Positions 54,580-62,828 of a stretch of DNA of 64,000 nt are shown piece by piece (positions within the stretch are counted from its first letter, which is position 1; each line of letters starts with the position of its first letter). The DNA is from a virus (taxonomy: Duplodnaviria > Caudoviricetes), in the IMG/VR virus record IMGVR_UViG_3300034126_000020, positions 1 to 64,000 of that record; one strand, written 5' to 3'. The notes beneath the pieces are model-generated. The model saw only the letters and a program-made list of their open reading frames with translations, did no database searches and had not been told where the DNA came from. Position numbers and translations under genes: made by a program.

Positions 54580-54593
54580 GGTTGACTCCTAAC

Positions 54594-55046
54594 TTACTTC
54601 GGGCTTACCAGCAAGCGAGCCAGTTGGAATACGCGCCGACCCTTTGTAGGATCGCCACGCTCGATGTCGACACTGAGGGCTACCAGCCGCGGAGACGTTA
54701 ACAGGTCATTGTTGACATGGCGTCCACCGTTGTAGTGCACCCTCCCATGTAATACCCAATGTTCATTTTCCTTTACAAACTCGATCGGCTGGAAGAGACC
54801 GATCTGCTTGGACTTCAGGTAACTGTAGATGTCACCGACACCCGAATTGCCCCAGTTACGCTTAGGCCAAGAAGAAAAGATAGGCAGGAAGTCATCCGGC
54901 ATCAACCGGCGGACCTCCTCATCACTCAACGACTCACAGCCTGGCACAACGACGCAGGTAATACTGTCGTGAGCAGGTGCGCTGTTGAATCGATCATGGG
55001 CATCAAAGATGGTGATCTCCTCGAACAGCTTTATTTGTCCCGTCAT
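54594..55046 (-). CDS. Hypothetical protein
   Basis: Likely start MTGQIK at 55046 in an ATGA overlap. Confidence 0.6.
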   Translation of the reverse strand: MTGQIKLFEEITIFDAHDRFNSAPAHDSITCVVVPGCESLSDEEVRRLMPDDFLPIFSSWPKRNWGNSGVGDIYSYLKSKQIGLFQPIEFVKENEHWVLHGRVHYNGGRHVNNDLLTSPRLVALSVDIERGDPTKGRRVFQLARLLVSPK

Positions 55047-55393
55047 TTGATGTCTCTGGGGTTGAGGCACAGATAGTCCGTCTCACAACTCTCCTTGACT
55101 TGTTTCAGGAGCGCTGCACGGGCCTTCTTAGCTTTGATCGGATACTCGAACAACCGGATCTCAGCATCCTTGGCGTAAAGCCCGTTAAGGAGCTTACAGG
55201 GATGCTTACCGATGGCGAGCAAGGAAAGTTGTTTGTCTACTTCAGATGAAACGTTCTCGCTTTGGCCCAGATAGAAACGCCCAGTCGCTACATGCTCTAA
55301 CATGTAGCAACCTTGGTTAGTGGTATCGCTTCGTTTACTGCGGCCCGAGGAGGAGTGTAGCCATTTGACAACATTCACCAGGGCGTCAGTCAT
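55043..55393 (-). CDS. Stand-alone GIY-YIG-like nuclease
   Basis: GCYMLEHVATGRFYLGQS (GIY-x-YIG variant), later H and terminal LN. Confidence 0.7.
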   Translation of the reverse strand: MTDALVNVVKWLHSSSGRSKRSDTTNQGCYMLEHVATGRFYLGQSENVSSEVDKQLSLLAIGKHPCKLLNGLYAKDAEIRLFEYPIKAKKARAALLKQVKESCETDYLCLNPRDIK

Positions 55394-55394
55394 T

Positions 55395-55763
55395 TCAGGT
55401 CTCGGTTTTCATAAGGACGAAGGTCAGGCGTGGTTGGCCTTCCAGTGATTCGGTGATGAAGTCCACACTGCCATCAGGCTGAGTGAAGTTTTCACAACCA
55501 ACTGCCGTACGATAGGCGCCGTTCATGAAGAAGAATGTGCGCAGGAACTCCATCGCTACGTGATAGCAGTCGAAGTCAGGACCAGGACCCATCCAGCCTA
55601 CGTGGGAGCGGAACAGTTTGGCCTCACTGACATCGGTGGTGTACTCGAGCATTGGCTTACCGCCTTCACCGGCACCGAATGTCTTCATGTACTTCTTTTC
55701 TTCGCCTTTGGCTTGAAAGCACACGCGGGAGTTGTAGCAGGCTGGCAGATTGCTCTGTGTCAT
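55395..55763 (-). CDS. Hypothetical protein
   Basis: 122-aa ORF with AGGAG SD. Confidence 0.65.
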   Translation of the reverse strand: MTQSNLPACYNSRVCFQAKGEEKKYMKTFGAGEGGKPMLEYTTDVSEAKLFRSHVGWMGPGPDFDCYHVAMEFLRTFFFMNGAYRTAVGCENFTQPDGSVDFITESLEGQPRLTFVLMKTET

Positions 55764-55773
55764 GGTGATACTC

Positions 55774-55983
55774 CTAAGCCCACTTGTCGGTGATGGCTTT
55801 CAGTTTGGCGCCCTTCATCACTTCCTTGTACGTGTCGACCTGCTTGAGCTGATCGAACCCCTTACGACACTCCAAGAGCGTACGGGCTTCTTCCGTGGAC
55901 AGAACTTCCCCTTTATTGACGCGCTCCAGCAGGTTGTTCAGGCTGCGCTGGATGTTGGTGATGTTTGCGTCGATGTCTGCCAT
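55774..55983 (-). CDS. Small hypothetical protein
   Basis: 69-aa coiled-coil ORF. Confidence 0.6.
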   Translation of the reverse strand: MADIDANITNIQRSLNNLLERVNKGEVLSTEEARTLLECRKGFDQLKQVDTYKEVMKGAKLKAITDKWA

Positions 55984-56054
55984 GATAATCTCGATGATGG
56001 TGTACTGGTAGTTGTGCGGGAGGCACCCTGCCTCCCTGTTCTTGGTGTATTTGC

Positions 56055-56804
56055 TTAGCGGCAGAACTGCTCGTAACTGACCACTGGGGCTTTCTTCTTG
56101 GTGGCAAAGACGTACTGATCCGCTTGAGGCAAGATCATGACGCCACGTTCACCCATGTCGGCGAACTTGTTCCACCAGCTACCATCTTTGTTGATGCCCA
56201 CCACAGTGATCGGATCACCCTTGATGTCGATGATAGTCTTCTGTTCGATGTCCTTGTCCAGACGGAAGTGAACACCGAACAGCGAGCGTTCCAGATAGGA
56301 GAACTCACGTTTGCCAGTGATCTCGACGCCCAGCTTCTCGTCAACGAAAGAGCAGGTGCGGAAGTCCACCATACGTTTACCCGGCTTGGTAAATTCGTAA
56401 TAGCCGTACCCCGCAGCCCCCGCCACGAGTAACACGACTGCGCTGATGATCAGGATGTAAGTCCGGACCACGGCACGCTTTACCTTCTGCCCACGAGTGA
56501 GGACACGTTCACGAGCATTGGCACCTGGATCGCGCCGAACCATGAGTCGACGCAGATCAACGGAGTCAGTGCCTTCACGTTGCTCAGGTGGAAGAGTCGC
56601 AAGTAAACGCAACTTCTCCACATCAGACATCAACATCGCACCCGAGTTGGTCTGGGCGGTTGCTGGACAATCGTCAGTAGCATCGTGGTAGCTGTAAATC
56701 TCGATCAGGTTACCGTGTTCGTCTTTCAGTGTTTCCACCACAGGGCGACGTTCGGTCATGTCCAAAGAGTCACCTGGGTTAGAATCGTGGAGGTTGTTAC
56801 GCAT
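56055..56804 (-). CDS. Single-pass membrane protein
   Basis: Central TM TYILIISAVVLLVAGAAGYGYY; AAGGGG SD. Confidence 0.7.
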   Translation of the reverse strand: MRNNLHDSNPGDSLDMTERRPVVETLKDEHGNLIEIYSYHDATDDCPATAQTNSGAMLMSDVEKLRLLATLPPEQREGTDSVDLRRLMVRRDPGANARERVLTRGQKVKRAVVRTYILIISAVVLLVAGAAGYGYYEFTKPGKRMVDFRTCSFVDEKLGVEITGKREFSYLERSLFGVHFRLDKDIEQKTIIDIKGDPITVVGINKDGSWWNKFADMGERGVMILPQADQYVFATKKKAPVVSYEQFCR

Positions 56805-56848
56805 TACAGTTTCCCCTTACTTTCGGTTATGGTTGTAGTTCCACGATT

Positions 56849-56920
56849 ATAATGTATTGCCTTATAATTTTTAATTACAATCGGGAAAGCGGCATAAAGG
56901 CGGGACTAGCCCGCCTATGC
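56849..56920 (-). promoter_or_regulatory. Terminator + TATGCCG followed by the CAATACATTAT promoter-like motif
   Basis: AGGCGGG-ACTAG-CCCGCCT hairpin flanked by CGGCATA and TATGC; AT-rich spacer. Confidence 0.6.
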
Positions 56921-57331
56921 TCAACGACGATAGCCAAGATCGGCGTGTGGATCATCTTTCTCTGCCAAGCCTTCAAACACATTGCTGAAGCCTACTGGCA
57001 TGGAGGACTTCAACACCCGGACCTCGTCGTGACTGGGTTTAGGACGGGACATGAGCTTCTTCATCCAGTCCACGTTGAACCCGATGAACTCACGCTTGCC
57101 TTTGACCGAGAGTACGCCACGACGGACATTGAACCGGTTGGCGTAGCTCTTCATGTTTTCAACGGGACCGTTCAGGACAGCGATGAAGACCTCGTTCTCC
57201 AAGTCCGGCATGAGCAGATGAGGCAGGGCTTCGATCAGGTGGGTCTCGGTGATCCCTAACCCAGCAGCAATCGTTAACGCCTCGTCTTCAGAGTCGGCAA
57301 TGATGATACTGATACCGTTTTCATTACGCAT
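56921..57331 (-). CDS. Hypothetical protein
   Basis: Likely start MRNENG at 57331 with AGGAG SD. Confidence 0.65.
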   Translation of the reverse strand: MRNENGISIIIADSEDEALTIAAGLGITETHLIEALPHLLMPDLENEVFIAVLNGPVENMKSYANRFNVRRGVLSVKGKREFIGFNVDWMKKLMSRPKPSHDEVRVLKSSMPVGFSNVFEGLAEKDDPHADLGYRR

Positions 57332-57357
57332 TAGATTAACTCCTGAGAAATGTCTAT

Positions 57358-57507
57358 CGGCATAAATGGGCAGCATGAGTTTGAGCCCATGCTGCCCGGT
57401 ACAGGCGCCGTTGAAACGTATGCTACTGGCTCCCGCCGATGCTAAACCGTTTCGGGTTAAGCGTGTGCTGGATCACCCCCTCACTAGACAGAATCTACTG
57501 CCTGTAC
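57358..57507 (-). ncRNA. Candidate small RNA (~110-nt body plus terminator)
   Basis: 8-bp closing stem GTACAGGC/GCCTGTAC (57507-57500 with 57406-57399), two inner hairpins, a 10-bp terminator stem (57368-57397) and TATGCCG. Confidence 0.55.
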
Positions 57508-57587
57508 ATACAATAGGATCGCCCTTATTAGTTTTTGGTTACGAGGGTAATGTATCGTTTGAGTAAAATCAAATCCACTATAAACAG

Positions 57588-57613
57588 GGGATACAGGCCA
57601 AGGCCTGTATCCC
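57588..57613. other. Inverted repeat in the divergent promoter region
   Basis: GGGATACAGGCC-AA-GGCCTGTATCCC; role (terminator, insulator or operator) unknown. Confidence 0.6.
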
Positions 57614-57749
57614 TTCCTTATTTGCTTTGTATCTTTTATAGATACCCCTAGGTATCCGAGGCAGCCAAATGATGTGTAGCTGCTCTCTTTATCTCATCTT
57701 GATTTATTGAGTGTCAGCCGCTCTTTAAATCCACTTCGGGTACCAAGAC

Positions 57750-58265
57750 ATGTCTGACATTTCCCTGCTTTCCAAGGACCAAGTACTTGCCTTGGTCAAC
57801 GAGCAAAACCCGGGTCTCAACCTGACGCATGAGAAAGTCACTTTCGGTGATCCTGTCGCAGCGTCTGGTGAAAACCCGGAACGTAACACTGAACTGGTCC
57901 TGACCGGTATTCCAGGCAAGGGCTTCAAGAACACGTCCACCATCCTCTACAACCGGATCGATCTGGCCCAGTTCGAAGTCCAGATCCCGTCGCAGATCCA
58001 AGTAGAAGGTGACGTCACCATCCAATCCATTCTGGATGGTTTCAACCTGTTCTACGGGGCCAACCTGCAACTGAACGACGTGCGTAGCGACCTCACGTTG
58101 CCAGGCGATCTGACCAGCACTCCTGAAGACTTCACCTTGATCGCTGCGGCAGGCTCGTACGCTTATCGCGGTCAGGTGGTCATCAGCATCCAGATGGCTG
58201 ACCAAGATCTGAACGCTGCTATCACCAAGAAAGTCCTGGATGGCTTGACGCTCTCCCTGAGCTAA
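57750..58265 (+). CDS. Virion structural protein, RLDL paralog family
   Basis: LALVNEQNP..VTFGDP..NTELVL..YNRIDL..FNLFYGANL..GSYAYRG. Confidence 0.8.
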   Translation: MSDISLLSKDQVLALVNEQNPGLNLTHEKVTFGDPVAASGENPERNTELVLTGIPGKGFKNTSTILYNRIDLAQFEVQIPSQIQVEGDVTIQSILDGFNLFYGANLQLNDVRSDLTLPGDLTSTPEDFTLIAAAGSYAYRGQVVISIQMADQDLNAAITKKVLDGLTLSLS

Positions 58266-58343
58266 TGGTGCTGGTAGTTGACCAGAACGCGCACTGGGGC
58301 TCTCGGGTCCCAGTGGCATTAGTCTCTTAACCGGGAAAGAATC

Positions 58344-59183
58344 ATGTCAATCTACAGTCAGTCGCCCGACCAGATGGTGCGCGAACTGATCAACAATGCC
58401 AACACCCCACTCGTACCCTTTTCTCCTCAGAACTTGACCTTCGGTAAACCGGCCATCGTGACGGGCAACCCTTTGGTCAACGCTACGGTGAATGTACGAG
58501 GTATCCAGGGTGAGGTCTACGCTGGTCAGCTTGCAATTTCGTACAACCGACTGGACCTTAGCGTCCTGTTCCGCGGTAACTACCGCCCAGAATTCACGGC
58601 ATTGGGTCAGTCGACTCTCTACCGTCTATTGCCTGAGATCAACAAGGCCCTCGGCCTGAACTTGACACAAAACGACTTGACTGACGTTGACCTCAAGTTG
58701 TTGGAAGAAGGTGATCAGGTCAACCTTGAACTACGTGCTAAGCCTGAGTCGTTGGCATTCACGGGTCTGGCCACTATTCTGTTCAACCGTCGTCAACTGA
58801 TGCTGACAGACGTTGTAGCAGTTGAGGCGTATGACGAGTTCAAACATGCCGACCCAGTCCTTGAGGGTTACCTCAGTGCTGGCTTGCTGACGTGGGGCCA
58901 GGATTTCACGATCATCGCCCAGTACCTGAAAGTGAACCGTTACGGCAACAACTACAAAGGTAGCTGGATCGACGAAGCCGGGCTCAGAGCAGGCCTGGCT
59001 CAGTATTTCGGCATCGAGAATTGGCCGAGGATCGACACGAGTGCAAACTCCAAGATGACGATCAGGGATTACGCCACGAAAGATCACCCGGATGCCAACC
59101 GTAACTACCAGCGGGTGGTGGTTCAAACCAGCCTGCGCAGCGACGGTTACTCCGGTACTGCTTTCTTCCACTATAACGCCTGA
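58344..59183 (+). CDS. Virion structural protein, RLDL paralog family
   Basis: ELINNAN..YNRLDL..INKALGLNL; C-terminal ANRNYQRVVV..FFHYNA. Confidence 0.8.
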   Translation: MSIYSQSPDQMVRELINNANTPLVPFSPQNLTFGKPAIVTGNPLVNATVNVRGIQGEVYAGQLAISYNRLDLSVLFRGNYRPEFTALGQSTLYRLLPEINKALGLNLTQNDLTDVDLKLLEEGDQVNLELRAKPESLAFTGLATILFNRRQLMLTDVVAVEAYDEFKHADPVLEGYLSAGLLTWGQDFTIIAQYLKVNRYGNNYKGSWIDEAGLRAGLAQYFGIENWPRIDTSANSKMTIRDYATKDHPDANRNYQRVVVQTSLRSDGYSGTAFFHYNA

Positions 59184-59196
59184 TCGGAGATGACCC

Positions 59197-60045
59197 ATGT
59201 CTCTTTATAAGAACCCCGTCACGACGCTTTTGAACGTCGTCGGGAGTTACAACGGGATCACGCTTGATCCGGCTGACTTCGATTTCATTGATCCTCGGCC
59301 GAACACCAGCGGAAAGCATCCTGAGCAAAACTCCATCGTTACCATCAAGGCCAACAACGCCTTTGCCCCTTATCAGGGCGAGACGGAAGTCTACTACGTC
59401 CGTCTGGACTTGGCAGACCTTGAGAAGCTGGTCACGATGACCATGAAAGCCCCAAGCGTCACCAACTCCCATGACATCCTGCCTTTCCTGAATGACCGTT
59501 TCGGTCTGAACCTGGAAGAGTCGGATCTGGAACTGGTTGATGCCGTGGACCATGTCGACTACAAGACCGTCCAGTTGACGGCTGTGCCTGGTAGCCTGGG
59601 GTGGATCGGCACCGTGTCTGTTTCGGTGGCGCAGGGTGACATTCCTCTGACCACGTACCTGACAGTGACGGCCCTCAACGGTCTGAACTACCCAACGCCG
59701 TACGCTACGCTGCCGTTTGCGCAGATGTACAGCTACTGGCGTGACTTCTCAGCCCACGTGAATTACCTGAAGACCATCACGGTCGGTCAGGCGATCCCAC
59801 AAGAGCTGGCTGACATCCTCTCCAGCGTCACTGGTGATGCGTGGTTCCTTTCGGGCTACCATGAGTTCAGTCTGGGTAGAGCGCAGGTCATTTGGGCCGG
59901 TAAGGCGGTTGACAACGGCCTGATGAACCCATCGTACGGTTACGGTATTCAGGTTCGCCTGAACCATGACGATGCGTTCGGTATCACTGGCGACCTGATC
60001 ATCCACTTCAGCGATCCGGTAGACCCGTTCGCCGAACCTACGTGA
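59197..60045 (+). CDS. Virion structural protein, RLDL paralog family
   Basis: YVRLDL..LNDRFGLNL..SLGWIG; C-terminal NPSY..IIHFSD. Confidence 0.8.
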   Translation: MSLYKNPVTTLLNVVGSYNGITLDPADFDFIDPRPNTSGKHPEQNSIVTIKANNAFAPYQGETEVYYVRLDLADLEKLVTMTMKAPSVTNSHDILPFLNDRFGLNLEESDLELVDAVDHVDYKTVQLTAVPGSLGWIGTVSVSVAQGDIPLTTYLTVTALNGLNYPTPYATLPFAQMYSYWRDFSAHVNYLKTITVGQAIPQELADILSSVTGDAWFLSGYHEFSLGRAQVIWAGKAVDNGLMNPSYGYGIQVRLNHDDAFGITGDLIIHFSDPVDPFAEPT

Positions 60046-60053
60046 GGTGAGTC

Positions 60054-60857
60054 ATGGACGGACGTGATCTGATTATCCAGATGGTCAACGAACAGAACAC
60101 TCTGTATCGTCCGATTACTCTGGACAACGTGGCAATGTCGCTGCCTGTGAAGAAAGGGCAGAACGATCCCCGCAACACAGGGGTGACGCTCAACGGGGTG
60201 CACGGTAAAGGCTACAAAGGTCAGACGGAGATCTTCTACAACCGCCATGACCTGCCAGAGCTGTTTGATGAAGCGGGCATTACGCCTAACCTTCGTCACA
60301 ATGCCGAGATCACCCCGGCATGGATCATTGATAAGTTGAACAGCAAGTACGGCCTGTACCTTGAGGCCACCGACCTGAACAACATCGATGTCCCCATCTT
60401 CGACCAATTGGAAACCACCAAGCCCATCGAGATCGTCGTCAAAGACAACTCGTGGAACTGGGTCGGTACCATTACCCTCGAAATGACCTTCGGTAACCCA
60501 TTACTGGAAACCGTGGTCTTGGTACAGCTTCTTCCTGTGCTGGAACACCCAGTAGAGTTCAAGGAGCTTCGAGGTCGAAAGTCCGGGTACATGTGCACGT
60601 ACAACTTCGACTTCACAGCCTACAAAGCTGACCTGCAACGTGATCCAAAGAATGGCCGTTGGGCTAACTTCGACTTGGTCATGGCGGCAGGGGCTAAAGC
60701 AGGCTTGCCCGCATGGGGTAATGCAGGCGGGATCGTTGACCTTCCAACCAGTGCTGTGCCAAGTGCCAACCCCAAGTTCCAACGGGTGATGGTTCAGAGC
60801 TACGCCACAGGTTCTGTGATGGGTCCGATCTTATTCCACTACGACCTGGACTGGTGA
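60054..60857 (+). CDS. Virion structural protein, RLDL paralog family
   Basis: YNRHDL..LNSKYGLYL..SWNWVG; C-terminal ANPKFQRVMV..LFHYD. Confidence 0.8.
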   Translation: MDGRDLIIQMVNEQNTLYRPITLDNVAMSLPVKKGQNDPRNTGVTLNGVHGKGYKGQTEIFYNRHDLPELFDEAGITPNLRHNAEITPAWIIDKLNSKYGLYLEATDLNNIDVPIFDQLETTKPIEIVVKDNSWNWVGTITLEMTFGNPLLETVVLVQLLPVLEHPVEFKELRGRKSGYMCTYNFDFTAYKADLQRDPKNGRWANFDLVMAAGAKAGLPAWGNAGGIVDLPTSAVPSANPKFQRVMVQSYATGSVMGPILFHYDLDW

Positions 60858-60887
60858 TTCCTGTCCTTTCTTGAGAAGGTTTAGCTC

Positions 60888-61892
60888 ATGGCTATCTATA
60901 GCAAAACGACCAAGCAGATGATGGTCGATCTGATCAATGCGGGTAACCCGCAACTGCCATTCCCAGTCAACGAGATGGACTTCGAGTTTGGGCTACCTGA
61001 GGTCATCGCTGATCCAGGCAATGGTCACAACACCCGTATCCGTGTAACGGCCAAGCCAAACACCAACTACGTCGGCAACGTGCAACTCACGTACCGCCGT
61101 CTGGATGTGGGGCGCATCTTCCGCAACATGACGCTTGAAGTCTACCGTTGGATTGCCAACTCCGGCGCAAGCGGTGCAACGTTGCTCCAGCTCAACGATC
61201 TGTACCCATTGTACAGTGAGAAATACGGGTTCAACTTCACCGTGGGCGAATGGGTTAACCAAGCGCTGTCCGGTCTGAACGGTATCCGTGGTGACTTGTT
61301 CAACATCGCGCCAATCACCACCAACCTGGCTTTCGTCGGGAACGTCAGCGGCAAGTGGACCATCGGTGAACGTACGCTGGAATCCCTGCTGACTGTGGAC
61401 GTGGTTCCAGGTCGTCGCTACCCAGGCGGTAACGACTTCGTCACCCCAGGTCACAAGTACTGGGTCACCCCAGATGGCTTCGATACGGACTACTCGTTCG
61501 CCAAGGATGCTCTGGAAGCGAATACGGTTGCAACCGGCACCGCCGGTGCTATCCGCGGTAACGTCTACGTGGGCGACAACTACGGTGATGGGGCTCAGGT
61601 GACTCGTCAGTACATTGAGAACAACTGCCTCAAGACACTGAAGAACCGCAATGGCGATTTCTACACCGTGGCCACGGCCGGCGGACCTACTGGTATTACC
61701 GAAGGTCTGTCGATCCCGTTCCGCCTCAACGGCGCGTACTTCCGTCGCTACGCCCTGCCACACCCTGACGTTCCAGAAGCCAACTCTGAGTTCTACAACC
61801 GCTGCATGGTAATCAGCATGGCGGATTACTTCGGTGGCGGTGGTCCTCGTGAATGGGGCACTGGTCGCATCTTCCTCCACTACAACGTCTAA
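60888..61892 (+). CDS. Virion structural protein, RLDL paralog family
   Basis: YRRLDV..EKYGFNF..NLAFVG; C-terminal VPEANSEFYNR..FLHYNV. Confidence 0.8.
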   Translation: MAIYSKTTKQMMVDLINAGNPQLPFPVNEMDFEFGLPEVIADPGNGHNTRIRVTAKPNTNYVGNVQLTYRRLDVGRIFRNMTLEVYRWIANSGASGATLLQLNDLYPLYSEKYGFNFTVGEWVNQALSGLNGIRGDLFNIAPITTNLAFVGNVSGKWTIGERTLESLLTVDVVPGRRYPGGNDFVTPGHKYWVTPDGFDTDYSFAKDALEANTVATGTAGAIRGNVYVGDNYGDGAQVTRQYIENNCLKTLKNRNGDFYTVATAGGPTGITEGLSIPFRLNGAYFRRYALPHPDVPEANSEFYNRCMVISMADYFGGGGPREWGTGRIFLHYNV

Positions 61893-61903
61893 GGGCAGGT
61901 GCC

Positions 61904-62782
61904 ATGACTATTCATTTCAACTCCAAGCAGAGTTTGGTGAACTACATCAACGCTGCTAACAGTTCACCACTGACTGTGGACGAGCTGGACTTCGGTACAC
62001 CACAGCCGACGGCTGGTACGTGGCGCGAAGGGTTGGTCAATGCCAACACTGCAATCAAGATCACTGCTAAAGAAGCTTCGGTATTCCAAGGCTCTCGCGT
62101 GATCTGCTACGACCGCTTGAACCTGCCAGACCTTTCCACATTGGCGAATGGACTGTCGGTCAAGTGCTACCAACCCGCGACCAACTTCGACGTGCTGCCT
62201 GCGTTGTTCCGTCGTTACGGGATCGTGCTGAGCAAGGAAGACTTCATCGAAGAGCCGTTCGCTCACAATGGGGCCAACCCGACACCGTGTGTGTTCAAAG
62301 CCAAGCCGGGCGCTATTGGTTGGACGGGTCAACTGACCGTGATGTCGACCTCGGGTTCTGCTGTTCTGGGCCAACACTTGACAGTGGCAGCACTGCCGGG
62401 TCTGAACTACCCAGTGACCGGTGACGGTTCTCAGGGTTCGGCACTGACCTACCTCTACGGGTATGATTTCACAGCGTACAAGTCGACGCTTGAGAACTAC
62501 CAAGTGGGGACCAAGTTGGGTGCGTCCGATACAGCTCTTCTGGCTGCGATCAAGGCGATCGACACCAACGCCGGTAAGTCGCTGTGGAACTTGGACCCGG
62601 CAAGCACTGCGTGGTCTCTGGAAGGCGCTGAAGTCGTCTACAGCGGTATCAACAGCAACGTCCTGCCAACCAACCAGTCGTACAAGTACGCACTCGGTCT
62701 GTTGCTCAAGGCGACCAACATCACGCCTCCGGGTGTGTGCTACCTCCACTACGACGATCCGTTCGATCCGAACGAGGTGTGA
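61904..62782 (+). CDS. Virion structural protein, RLDL paralog family
   Basis: Start MTIHF at 61904; YDRLNL..RRYGIVL..AIGWTG; C-terminal YLHYDD. Confidence 0.8.
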   Translation: MTIHFNSKQSLVNYINAANSSPLTVDELDFGTPQPTAGTWREGLVNANTAIKITAKEASVFQGSRVICYDRLNLPDLSTLANGLSVKCYQPATNFDVLPALFRRYGIVLSKEDFIEEPFAHNGANPTPCVFKAKPGAIGWTGQLTVMSTSGSAVLGQHLTVAALPGLNYPVTGDGSQGSALTYLYGYDFTAYKSTLENYQVGTKLGASDTALLAAIKAIDTNAGKSLWNLDPASTAWSLEGAEVVYSGINSNVLPTNQSYKYALGLLLKATNITPPGVCYLHYDDPFDPNEV

Positions 62783-62828
62783 GTAAACGGCCCTGGGTAA
62801 CTGGGGCCATCATAAAGGAAGACTGAAG

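Noticed and set aside
55043-55393. Group I intron carrying the GIY-YIG ORF
   Set aside because: Flanking genes are intact and abut the ORF, leaving no room for intron core sequence.
57366-57566. 66-aa plus-strand ORF over the sRNA candidate
   Set aside because: No SD, it crosses a promoter motif and a terminator, and its composition is non-coding-like.
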